Below are positions 48,654 to 57,120 of a stretch of 64,000 bases of DNA, piece after piece. The translations under genes and the position numbers were made by a program. Source of the DNA: an uncultured Candidatus Saccharibacteria bacterium (GTDB taxonomy: Bacteria; Patescibacteriota; JABMPQ01; JAQVVF01); the NCBI GenBank assembly GCA_964574655.1, contig CAZNOH010000001.1, positions 535,020 through 599,019 of the forward strand, in the 5' to 3' direction. Below the pieces are notes generated by a model. The model was not told where the DNA came from, ran no database searches, and saw only the letters and a program-made list of their open reading frames with translations. Within the stretch, counting starts at the first letter, position 1. The number at the start of each line of letters is the position of its first letter.

Positions 48654-49184
48654 ATGGCGAGGATCGCAATCATCGGTGGCTCAGCAGATGAAAAGATTCG
48701 CGATGAATTGGTAGAAAAAATCACTCGCGAACTGGTTGCAAGAAAACATCAAGTATTCCATGGCGGATTGGATTTTGGAGTCATGCTTGCCTGTCATAAA
48801 GGTGGCGGTATTGGCATTACTCACCAAGATCAAATTGACGGTGGCTTTGCTTTAGCTGATGCCATGAACGTTAGCGTGTTGAAACATCAATTTCCTGGAT
48901 TCAATGAAATTGATTTTGGACGCGCAATTCGTCATCAGCTGTTGACACAAGAGTGCGATTTGGTAATTGCTTTCGGAGGTGGAATCAGAACTTTTGACGA
49001 GCTGATTGGAGCAATCATGACAAAGAGAAAGATTGTTCTTGTAGGACACGATTGGTCGCCTTTGCTATATGTTTTGTTTGGAAAAATCGAGATCGAGCAT
49101 GAAAAAACCTTGCTATGCAAAGTTTTACCTCACCATCCAATTGAAACCATTGTGTCTGCAATCGAAGCTCATTTGAAGAAATAG
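48654..49184 (+). CDS. LOG/TIGR00725-like (SLOG Rossmann) nucleotide-binding protein
   Basis: IAIIGGS ... GGLDFGVMLACHKGGGIGIT ... VIAFGGGIRTFDELIGA matches the GGGxGxM ... PGGxGTxxEL pattern of LOG-family proteins; strong RBS. Confidence 0.55.
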   Translation: MARIAIIGGSADEKIRDELVEKITRELVARKHQVFHGGLDFGVMLACHKGGGIGITHQDQIDGGFALADAMNVSVLKHQFPGFNEIDFGRAIRHQLLTQECDLVIAFGGGIRTFDELIGAIMTKRKIVLVGHDWSPLLYVLFGKIEIEHEKTLLCKVLPHHPIETIVSAIEAHLKK

Positions 49185-49206
49185 AGACTGTTAGTCTCTT
49201 TTTTAT
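49183..49206 (+). terminator. intrinsic terminator AGAGACT-gtt-AGTCTCT plus T7
   Basis: Perfect 7-bp stem then ttttttatt, overlapping the stop codon. Confidence 0.55.
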
Positions 49207-49300
49207 TGACTCACACTAATACCACACGAATTACACTAATGCTTTTTTCGAATAAGCTATTTGTAAATTTGGTTAAAAAATGATAATTTATAAATATAGT

Positions 49301-49412
49301 TTCTACTTGGCTTTAGCCAAAGGGTCGAAGAGCTTTAGCTCTTTTTATGGCTAAAGTTCATTAAAAATTTTGCAATCCAAAATTTTTAATCCCCAGCTAA
49401 AGCTGGGTAGAA
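49301..49412. repeat. REP/MITE-like element copy 2 (full length), immediately upstream of cysS
   Basis: ttctacttggctttagccaaagggtc ... ccccagctaaagctgggtagaa. Confidence 0.6.
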
Positions 49413-49425
49413 ATCTAAAAAGACT

Positions 49426-50850
49426 ATGCTAAAAATATACAATACATTATCAAGAAAAACTGAAGAATTTAAATCGTTGAAAGATAATCAAGTTGGGCTA
49501 TATACATGTGGTCCGACTGTTTATAATTATGCTCATATTGGAAATTTAAGAACTTATGTTTTTGAGGACGTTTTAAAACGTGTTTTAATTTATAATAATT
49601 TTGAAGTAAGGCATGTTATGAATATTACTGATGTTGATGACAAGACAATAAAAGCTGCTAACGGAAATAAAAATGAATTGGCTAAATTGACAAAAGATTA
49701 TGAAAATAAATTTTTTGAAGATTTGGATAAACTAAATATTATCAAGCCTGATGTTGTTACAAATGCCGTAAAATATATTGAAAAAATGGTTTTATTTATT
49801 CAGGAATTAATTGATAAAGACTTTGCCTATAAAACAGAAGATGGATCAGTTTATTTTAAAATTGAGAAATTTAAAGATTATGGAAAATTAGCCAAGCTAG
49901 ATAAATCAGGATTGAAAGTTGGAGCTCGAGTAAATAATGATGATTATGAAAAAGAGAATTTGTCTGATTTTGTTTTGTGGAAAAGTTATGACAGCGATGA
50001 TGGCGAAATTTATTGGGAAACAAAATTAGGAAAAGGCAGACCAGGCTGGCATATTGAATGTTCAACAATGGCGCAAGATATTCTTGGCGATACTTTAGAT
50101 ATTCATGCTGGTGCTGTTGATTTGATTTTTCCTCATCATGAGAATGAAATTGCTCAAGCTGAAAGCAAAACAGGAAAGCCATTTGCAAATTATTTTATTC
50201 ATGGTGAACATCTTTTGGTAGAAGGCAAGAAAATGTCAAAAAGCTTGAATAATTTTTACACGCTAAAAGATATTGTTGGCAAAGGCTTCTCCCCTCTTGA
50301 TTTTCGTTATTTGGTTTTAGGCTGTCATTATCGAACAAAATTGGATTTTAGTTTTGATAATTTGAAATCAGCTCAGAATGCTTTGAATAAACTTTATGAG
50401 AGAATTAGAGATTTTAAAGATTCAGGCGAAATTTCTGAAGAATTTAAGGTTAAATTTTTAGAAGCAATTAATAATGATTTAGACATGCCAAAAGCATTGG
50501 CTGTTGTTTGGGAAATGCTGAAGTCTGATTTAGATGATGGAATTAAAAAAGCAACACTAGAGGATTTCGATAAAGTACTTGGACTTGGATTATCTTACGT
50601 AGAAGTTGAAGGACCTGAAGGGTCTGAACAGCTTTTGACAAAGATTGATGAATTACGATCAGACAAAAAATTTAAGGAATCGGATAACTTAGCTAGGAAA
50701 ATTGAAGAACATGGTATTGAGCTTGAGGATTCTCGTACTGGAACGAAAATAAAGATTGCTGGAGGCAATAAAGTAAAATTTGGTGACGGAGTAAAAATAG
50801 TAATTGGAAAAAATGTTAAGATAAATTTTCCTGACAAAAAAGATAATTAG
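49426..50850 (+). CDS. cysS: cysteinyl-tRNA synthetase
   Basis: HIGN and KMSKS motifs plus the CysRS N-terminus YTCGPTVYNYAHIGN. Confidence 0.9.
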   Translation: MLKIYNTLSRKTEEFKSLKDNQVGLYTCGPTVYNYAHIGNLRTYVFEDVLKRVLIYNNFEVRHVMNITDVDDKTIKAANGNKNELAKLTKDYENKFFEDLDKLNIIKPDVVTNAVKYIEKMVLFIQELIDKDFAYKTEDGSVYFKIEKFKDYGKLAKLDKSGLKVGARVNNDDYEKENLSDFVLWKSYDSDDGEIYWETKLGKGRPGWHIECSTMAQDILGDTLDIHAGAVDLIFPHHENEIAQAESKTGKPFANYFIHGEHLLVEGKKMSKSLNNFYTLKDIVGKGFSPLDFRYLVLGCHYRTKLDFSFDNLKSAQNALNKLYERIRDFKDSGEISEEFKVKFLEAINNDLDMPKALAVVWEMLKSDLDDGIKKATLEDFDKVLGLGLSYVEVEGPEGSEQLLTKIDELRSDKKFKESDNLARKIEEHGIELEDSRTGTKIKIAGGNKVKFGDGVKIVIGKNVKINFPDKKDN

Positions 50851-51014
50851 TGTTTTTTAACTATTTGTTCTTGTCTAGCGTACAAATTATCATTAATATC
50901 TTGAAAGTTAATTTTAAAAGAGCTCGCATACACAGCTCTTTTATATTATCCTCAGCCTTGAGGATTGTTTTTTTATGTTAAAATGATATATTGATATGAC
51001 TACTAAAATTTGTC

Positions 51015-52367
51015 ATGGAAAACCAAAGCGAAAATTTTGAAAAATTACCGCCGAGAAATAAGGAAGCTGAACAATCAGTGTTGGGCTCTCTTTTGATTGA
51101 TAAAGATGCAATTATTAAAGTATCTGATTTTTTGCGATCAGAAGATTTTTATGAAGAAAAAAATAGCATTATCTTTTCTTCAATGCTGGAATTATACGAA
51201 AAGCGCGAGCCAATTGATGTCGTAAGCTTGGCTAATTCTTTGACTGACAAAGACCATTTGGATTTAATCGGCGGACGAAGTTATTTAGTTTCATTGGCTA
51301 ATATAGTACCAACTGCTGGAAATATTATTCATTATGCTAAGATTGTTCAGAAAAAATCGACTTTAAGAAAACTAATTTCTACGGCTGGCGATATATCAAG
51401 ATTAGGATATCAAGAAGGAAAAGATATTGAAAAATTGTTAGATGAAGCTGAGCAAAAATTGTTTGGCATTTCACAAAAATATTTAAAGCAAAATTTTATT
51501 GTTATTAAAGATGTTCTAACTGATGCTTTTGAAAGAATTGATGAATTGCACAGAGATGGCAGTAAACTTCGAGGAATTCCAACTGGCTTTCCTGCTTTAG
51601 ATAATGTTTTGGCTGGTTTCCAAAAATCTGATTTGATAATTTTAGCAGCTAGGCCATCTATGGGTAAAACATCTTTAGCGCTAGACTTTGCAAAAAATAT
51701 CGCAAAGCAAAAAATACCTGTTGGCATATTCAGCCTGGAAATGTCTAAAGAACAGCTAGTTGACAGAATCCTTTGCTCAGAAGCAAATGTTGACTTGTGG
51801 CGAATGAGAACAGGAAAATTGTCGGACCGCGAAGAGGATGATGACTTTCCGAGAATCGGTCATGCCATGGGCGTTCTTTCAGAGGCTCCAATATATATTG
51901 ATGACTCCCCTTCTTCAAACATCATGGAGATGAGAACAAAAGCGCGAAGATTACATTCTGAACATGGCTTAGGTTTTTTGGTTGTTGACTATTTGCAATT
52001 GATGGAAGGCCGTTCAACAGAAAATAGAGTGCAGGAAGTTTCAGAAATATCACGCGCATTAAAAGGAATTGCTCGCGAGCTTAATATTCCTGTTTTAGCT
52101 TTATCTCAGTTGTCACGTGCAGTAGAAAATAGATCTCCCCAGATTCCTCAATTGTCGGATTTAAGAGAAAGTGGTAGCATAGAACAGGATGCGGACGTGG
52201 TAATGTTTATCTATCGCGAAGAGGTTTATAAAAAAGATACGGAGAAAAAGAATATAGCAGAAATTCATATTAAAAAGCAACGAAATGGACCGACTGGTGT
52301 TATTGAATTGTTTTTTGAACAAAATGTTGCAAGCTTCCGTAATTTGGAAAAAAGAAGAGAAATTTAA
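51015..52367 (+). CDS. dnaB: replicative DNA helicase
   Basis: DnaB N-terminal domain (EQSVLGSLLID), Walker A AARPSMGKTS, RecA-fold C-terminal motifs. Confidence 0.9.
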   Translation: MENQSENFEKLPPRNKEAEQSVLGSLLIDKDAIIKVSDFLRSEDFYEEKNSIIFSSMLELYEKREPIDVVSLANSLTDKDHLDLIGGRSYLVSLANIVPTAGNIIHYAKIVQKKSTLRKLISTAGDISRLGYQEGKDIEKLLDEAEQKLFGISQKYLKQNFIVIKDVLTDAFERIDELHRDGSKLRGIPTGFPALDNVLAGFQKSDLIILAARPSMGKTSLALDFAKNIAKQKIPVGIFSLEMSKEQLVDRILCSEANVDLWRMRTGKLSDREEDDDFPRIGHAMGVLSEAPIYIDDSPSSNIMEMRTKARRLHSEHGLGFLVVDYLQLMEGRSTENRVQEVSEISRALKGIARELNIPVLALSQLSRAVENRSPQIPQLSDLRESGSIEQDADVVMFIYREEVYKKDTEKKNIAEIHIKKQRNGPTGVIELFFEQNVASFRNLEKRREI

Positions 52368-52381
52368 AAAATTGCTAATTA

Positions 52382-52465
52382 CCAAGAAACAAGAAACAAA
52401 CAAATTAAAAATTAAAATATTCAATAACCAAACTTGACGAGTTTGAATATTATAATTTGGTTATT
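52382..52465. repeat. half copy (left arm plus centre) of the CCAAGAAACAAG palindromic element
   Basis: ccaagaaacaagaaacaaacaaatt ... caaacttgacgagtttg; the matching right arm is absent. Confidence 0.5.
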
Positions 52466-52499
52466 AAATATTGTTTTAATCAATTATTAAACTAAAAAC

Positions 52500-52793
52500 A
52501 TGTTCGAACAATTAAAAAATTTGGCAAGTTTAAGAAAGCAAGCTAGTGAAATGAAAAAACAATTAGAATCTGAATTAATCACTGGCGAGGCATTAAATGG
52601 TCAAGTAAAAATTTCGATGGATGGCAGTCAGCAAATTAAGGAAGTTTTTATTGATGAATCATTATTGGTGTCTGGAAATCAAGACAAATTACAGAATGCA
52701 ATTAAAGATGCTTTTTCAAAAGCTAATAAAGAGTTGCAGATGATGATGGTTAGAAAAATGCAAGCTGGTGAAATCCAAATGCCGCAATTATAA
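52500..52793 (+). CDS. ybaB: YbaB/EbfC-family nucleoid-associated protein
   Basis: About 97 aa; MFEQLKNLASLRKQASEMKKQLE start typical of YbaB; lies upstream of recR as in the conserved dnaX-ybaB-recR arrangement. Confidence 0.8.
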   Translation: MFEQLKNLASLRKQASEMKKQLESELITGEALNGQVKISMDGSQQIKEVFIDESLLVSGNQDKLQNAIKDAFSKANKELQMMMVRKMQAGEIQMPQL

Positions 52794-52899
52794 ATATGAT
52801 GCCAATATGCGAATCTTATGCCAATTATGCTAATTGCTAATGCTATTATTCGCAATTTGTAGATTGGCATAAAATTAGTAGATTTGCATCATTTTTTTT

Positions 52900-53502
52900 A
52901 TGAATATTTTACCAATTCCCCTACAAAATTTAATTATAGAATTCTCAAAACTTCCTGGAATAGGTCCAAAAACTGCTTCTAGGTTGTCTTTTTATTTGTT
53001 AAAATCAAAATCTGTTGATGTTGAGGCTTTTGCCAGAGCTTTGTTTGAACTTAAAAAAACAGTAACTTTTTGTTTAAATTGCTATAATCTGACTGAAAAA
53101 AATCCTTGTCCAGTATGTTCTGATATGAGGCGAGATAAATCATTGATTTGCATTGTTGAAGAACCAATGGATATTGTTGCTATAAATTCTTCTGGTGAGT
53201 TTAATGGACTTTATCATGTTTTGCATGGTTCGATTTCTCCGATAAATAATGTTGGACCAGAAGATCTTAAAATAAATGAATTATTAGGACGCTTAAAACA
53301 AGATTCTGGAATTAAAGAAATTATATTGGCAACTAATCCAAACTTAGAAGGCGAGGCTACAGCAATGTATATTGCAAAATTAATTAAGCCTCTGGGCATA
53401 AAAACAACAAGAATTGCTCGCGGTCTTCCTTCTGGCGGAGATTTGGAATATGCTGATGAAGTAACATTAAGCAATGCAATGAAAGGCCGGAAAGAATACT
53501 AA
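52900..53502 (+). CDS. recR: recombination protein RecR
   Basis: C4 zinc finger CLNCYNLT..CPVC, Toprim domain, 200 aa. Confidence 0.9.
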   Translation: MNILPIPLQNLIIEFSKLPGIGPKTASRLSFYLLKSKSVDVEAFARALFELKKTVTFCLNCYNLTEKNPCPVCSDMRRDKSLICIVEEPMDIVAINSSGEFNGLYHVLHGSISPINNVGPEDLKINELLGRLKQDSGIKEIILATNPNLEGEATAMYIAKLIKPLGIKTTRIARGLPSGGDLEYADEVTLSNAMKGRKEY

Positions 53503-53539
53503 AGATATATATAAAGCCGAAAGGCTTTTTTTGTCAGGT

Positions 53540-53568
53540 TTGACTTTAAATTATAAATTTGCTAAATT
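53540..53568 (+). promoter_or_regulatory. sigma70-like promoter TTGACT-17-TAAATT for the 53623 ORFan
   Basis: Preceded by the recR terminator (aaagccgaaaggcttttttt); followed by 5'UTR hairpin CCTGCCG-agaa-CGGCAGG (53592-53609) and a GGAGG RBS. Confidence 0.45.
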
Positions 53569-53622
53569 AGATAATTGCACATTATATTTCACCTGCCGAG
53601 AACGGCAGGATTGGAGGTTAAA

Positions 53623-54189
53623 GTGAAACAGCCACTGATATTGAGAGTAGCGAAACAGCCATTGGAATGGGAGACAGGAGCTGTTTTTGAAGAATATCCG
53701 ATTGGCACAATGATCAGATTGCCGATAACAAAGCGATTTGGTCCTTTTTGGCTATTCAAGTATCATACTGATGTTACTGCAAAAGTTGTTGCTCAAGATG
53801 CTGAAATCGTGAAGAGAAAAAGCAATGGAAAAACAATTCCCTTTTTTCATAGTGTTGCGGAATTGTATATTGCACCATATGGCAAACGATGCTTGTTGGG
53901 AGTATTGGATAAGTTTATGATGGACGGATTTGCTGAAGTTCTTTCTGTACCAGATTGCGAGATGCATGATGAAGATGGGAAAAAAGTCTTCACGGAGCTT
54001 GCAGTTGGAGATTCTGTCAGAGCATACAGAGAAGACACTCGCATAGAAGGAAAGATTATTGCTATAACTGGATTGAATGTATATACAATTTCTGATCTTC
54101 GCGATCCAGACTGGACTCATTACCTTAATGTTTCGCTGAGAGATTTGCTTTGGTACAAGAGAGAGCCGAATAAGGGGCAACTGGTTTGA
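53623..54189 (+). CDS. ORFan protein (188 aa from GTG 53623; the track ORF starts at a TTG at 53575 inside the 5'UTR)
   Basis: GGAGG 5 nt before GTG; intermediate G+C; no recognised domain. Confidence 0.45.
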   Translation: MKQPLILRVAKQPLEWETGAVFEEYPIGTMIRLPITKRFGPFWLFKYHTDVTAKVVAQDAEIVKRKSNGKTIPFFHSVAELYIAPYGKRCLLGVLDKFMMDGFAEVLSVPDCEMHDEDGKKVFTELAVGDSVRAYREDTRIEGKIIAITGLNVYTISDLRDPDWTHYLNVSLRDLLWYKREPNKGQLV

Positions 54190-54203
54190 TTATCGTTCTT
54201 TTT

Positions 54204-54264
54204 TAGACATGAATTCATGTCTTTTTTTAATACAAAAAAAGACTGCATATCTTTGCAGTCTTTT
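54204..54264. terminator. two tandem bidirectional terminators (GACATGAATTCATGTC plus T-run; AAAAAAAGACTGC-atatcttt-GCAGTCTTTT)
   Basis: Perfect palindromes flanked by A and T runs between convergent genes. Confidence 0.55.
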
Positions 54265-54274
54265 AAAATATTAT

Positions 54275-54589
54275 TTAGGAAATTTTTGTGATTTTTACTT
54301 CAGTATATACTGGTCTGAAACCAACTGTTCTTTTGTATCTTTTTTTAGCCTTATATTTGACTGTTAGAACCTTGTCGCCTTTTACTTCTCCTCTTAGAAC
54401 TTCAGCTTCTACTTTTGTTCCAGAAATTCTTGGCGCGCCAATCTTAGTTGCTTTTTCATCTATGAACAAAAGCACTTCTTTAAACTCTATTGTCTTCTTT
54501 GGATCCATAATTTTGTCAATCAAAATAATGTCACCTTCAGAGACCTTGTATTGCTTACCGCCTGTTTTTATAATTGCAAATTTTGTCAT
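54275..54589 (-). CDS. rplU: 50S ribosomal protein L21
   Basis: MTKFAIIKTGGKQYKVSEGD N-terminus. Confidence 0.85.
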   Translation of the reverse strand: MTKFAIIKTGGKQYKVSEGDIILIDKIMDPKKTIEFKEVLLFIDEKATKIGAPRISGTKVEAEVLRGEVKGDKVLTVKYKAKKRYKRTVGFRPVYTEVKITKIS

Positions 54590-54596
54590 ATAAGTA

Positions 54597-54625
54597 AGTA
54601 TATGCTTGTTTTATGTTTTGGTCAA
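54597..54625 (-). promoter_or_regulatory. sigma70-like promoter TTGACC-17-TATACT for rplU (minus strand)
   Basis: Reverse complement reads ttgaccaaaacataaaacaagcatatact about 10 nt upstream of the start. Confidence 0.4.
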
Positions 54626-54743
54626 GTCTTTTCGTATTGACTTAATTTTATGTTTGTTGTTTGATTGTTAGAATATTTTTCGCTAGTAATTTGATAATAA
54701 AATAATTGAGTAACTACTTTTTGTTATCCCCAAAAAAATTATT

Positions 54744-54772
54744 TTGTGAAGTTATAAAAAATCTGGTAGACT
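54744..54772 (+). promoter_or_regulatory. promoter-like TTGTGA-17-TAGACT upstream of the 54807 gene
   Basis: Correct spacing to RBS GGAGGG at 54795-54800. Confidence 0.35.
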
Positions 54773-54806
54773 GAAATTGGGTAGCTAAGTGTCGGAGGGA
54801 AACAAC

Positions 54807-55208
54807 ATGCCAGCCAGAAAAGTCACCGAGAAGTCTGCTAGTAGCCAGGATCCTGGCAGTAAAAACGCAGGCTGCACTGACAAAAAAACGATGGTGCTGT
54901 TGATGGAGTGTGACGCGCAGAAATGTAGAGCCCTTTGTAAAGCATTGGAAGATGCGGGATTCGGTATTTTTGTTTGTAACGATTTGAGTTCCTGCATTCA
55001 CACAATTAGAGTTGGTTACGAAATTGGATTTGCTCTGATTGCTCCAACTATTGAAGGTCGCAATGGATACATGTTAACAGTTAGGAAGTTTTGCGCAGAA
55101 CAGAAAATCCCTCTTGAAGAAATTGATGACTATACTGTTGGCAAAATCAAAAGACACGGCATTCATTTCCAACAGCAAATTGCTCCACCGCAAATTATCA
55201 CACAATAG
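54807..55208 (+). CDS. small receiver(REC)-like protein lacking the canonical acid pocket (133 aa from ATG 54807)
   Basis: Alternating beta/alpha pattern MVLLMECD...GFGIFVCND...GFALIAPTIEGRNGYML resembling CheY-like receivers; GGAGGG RBS; intermediate G+C. Confidence 0.4.
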   Translation: MPARKVTEKSASSQDPGSKNAGCTDKKTMVLLMECDAQKCRALCKALEDAGFGIFVCNDLSSCIHTIRVGYEIGFALIAPTIEGRNGYMLTVRKFCAEQKIPLEEIDDYTVGKIKRHGIHFQQQIAPPQIITQ

Positions 55209-55218
55209 ATTGCTCATT

Positions 55219-55245
55219 AACAGACTATCCAGTCTGTTTTTTTTT
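55219..55245 (+). terminator. intrinsic terminator AACAGACT-atcc-AGTCTGTT plus T9, overlapping the convergent gene's stop
   Basis: Read directly. Confidence 0.55.
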
Positions 55246-56328
55246 GTAAAAAATTACTAGTAATATCGCAAGAATAGCCATCAATCCGATAAGGATAATG
55301 AAAGCTAGTATCTTTTCCTTTCCCTGAATAAATAGCGCAAAAAGCCCAAATAATGCCGAAATTGACCATAAGAAGATAACAGCACTCCGTTGCGAGAATC
55401 CTAAATCATAAAGACGAAAATGGAGATGCTGGCGATCAGCTTGAAAAGGAGATTTATGTTTAAATATTCTTCTCAAAATTACCCAGATTACATCAAGAAT
55501 TGGAATACCCATAATTAATAATGCTGTTGCTATTTTTCCGCCAGAAATTATGGCTAAAGCTCCTAGCATAAAACCGATAAAAGTACTGCCACCTTCTCCT
55601 AAAAATATTTTGGCAGGATGAAAATTAAAAATTAAAAATCCTAAAGATGCACCAGCTAAAATTATGCAAAGCAAGGCAGTTTCTGGTTGCATAACTTTTG
55701 TGCTTAAGCTTAAGAAAAATAAAATTATAGATGCAATTACTGATATTCCAGGAACAAGTCCGTCCATGCCATCTAAAAACTTTGTGGTATAGATCATGCC
55801 TAACAGCCAAATCATGGTGAAGATATCGGCAAAAACTGTAAAAAAGTAAGGAATATTATTAATCGTAAAAAGTCTGATTCTTATTTCATCTAAATTGATT
55901 GTATTACCAATTGGATTGCTGATAAAAGTAATACCAATGCCGGAAATTATAACAACAAGACAAGAAATAATTGGAAAAATAAATTGTTGTTTTGGACTTA
56001 AATTGTATTTGTCATCTATGATACCGCCAATAATTAAAATAAGTCCGCCAAGCGCTAAACCTAAAATATATTTTGGAAGCATATAACCGCTAAAGAAATC
56101 GCGATCAATTAAAATAAAATATCCTAGAGTAATAAAAAAGCCGATAAAAACGGCTAAACCTCCCATGAGCGGGATATTACTTTTGTGAATTTTTCTTTCC
56201 TTATTCGGGCGATCTACTATCTGGTATTGTAATGCTAATTTCCTGATTAAATATGTGAATAATAAAGTTATCAAAAAAGCCAAAGCAAAGGCTAAAATAA
56301 AATTAAATTTGGTGAATAAAATCTCCAT
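55225..56328 (-). CDS. MraY/WecA-family polyprenol-phosphate HexNAc-1-phosphate (or MurNAc-pentapeptide) transferase
   Basis: 10-11 TM helices; HKSNIPLMGG and DGMDGL motifs shared by the MraY/WecA family; adjacent to murI and alr. Confidence 0.65.
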   Translation of the reverse strand: MEILFTKFNFILAFALAFLITLLFTYLIRKLALQYQIVDRPNKERKIHKSNIPLMGGLAVFIGFFITLGYFILIDRDFFSGYMLPKYILGLALGGLILIIGGIIDDKYNLSPKQQFIFPIISCLVVIISGIGITFISNPIGNTINLDEIRIRLFTINNIPYFFTVFADIFTMIWLLGMIYTTKFLDGMDGLVPGISVIASIILFFLSLSTKVMQPETALLCIILAGASLGFLIFNFHPAKIFLGEGGSTFIGFMLGALAIISGGKIATALLIMGIPILDVIWVILRRIFKHKSPFQADRQHLHFRLYDLGFSQRSAVIFLWSISALFGLFALFIQGKEKILAFIILIGLMAILAILLVIFYKKKQTG

Positions 56329-57119
56329 TAATCAAGACTTACTTGTTTGACTTTTATTTTTTGATCTAATATCTTTTCCGAGAATTCTTGAAATTTGAAT
56401 GGAATGTCACTGACAAAAAATTTGTGCTTTTTACTTTTTACTAATCTTTTTTCAATTACTGGATGATTTTTTAAGAATAAATCAACTTCTTTTGCCACTT
56501 CTTCTCCTGGATCAATGATATTAATTTTTCTTTTGATCGCCTTTTTAATTGCTTCTTTTGCTAAAGGATAATGAGTGCAAGCTAAAACTAGAGTATCAAT
56601 TTTTTCTTTTCTAAAAGGCTTTAGATAAAACTTCACAATCTTTTTAGTTTCTGAACGATTGATCCAGTCCTCCTCAACTAAAGGCACAATCAATGGACAA
56701 GCCTCGGTATAAACTTTGATATCTTTGTTTAATTTCTTTAAATAGTTTTCATGGACCTGGCTTGCAATTGTCGCCCTTGTTCCGATAATGCCGACTTTCT
56801 TGTTTTTTGTTATTCTCTCTGCTTTGATTAAACCTGCTTTAACAACATCAAAAATTGGAGTTCCTGGAAACTTTTCACGCAATTCTTTTGAAGCAACTGC
56901 TGAAGCAGTATGGCAGGCAATAACAATTATCTTCGCGCCATTTCGCAATAAAAATTTTGTATCCTGGATAGCATACTTAATAATCGTTTCTTTGCTTTTG
57001 TTGCCATAAGGAGTCCTGGCAGTATCACCAAAATAAATAATTTGATATTCTGGTAGCTTTTTTATAATTTGGCGAGCAACTGTCAGTCCGCCGATGCCGG
57101 AATCGAAAATACCTATCAT
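56328..57119 (-). CDS. murI: glutamate racemase
   Basis: IGIFDSGIGGLTV N-terminus and the two catalytic Cys regions (ACHTAS, ACTHYP). Confidence 0.8.
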   Translation of the reverse strand: MIGIFDSGIGGLTVARQIIKKLPEYQIIYFGDTARTPYGNKSKETIIKYAIQDTKFLLRNGAKIIVIACHTASAVASKELREKFPGTPIFDVVKAGLIKAERITKNKKVGIIGTRATIASQVHENYLKKLNKDIKVYTEACPLIVPLVEEDWINRSETKKIVKFYLKPFRKEKIDTLVLACTHYPLAKEAIKKAIKRKINIIDPGEEVAKEVDLFLKNHPVIEKRLVKSKKHKFFVSDIPFKFQEFSEKILDQKIKVKQVSLD

Positions 57120-57120
57120 A

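Noticed and set aside
53575-53622. TTG start at 53575 for the 53623 ORFan
   Set aside because: It would place the promoter -10 only 7 nt upstream and put the hairpin plus GGAGG inside the CDS; GTG 53623 after GGAGG fits better.
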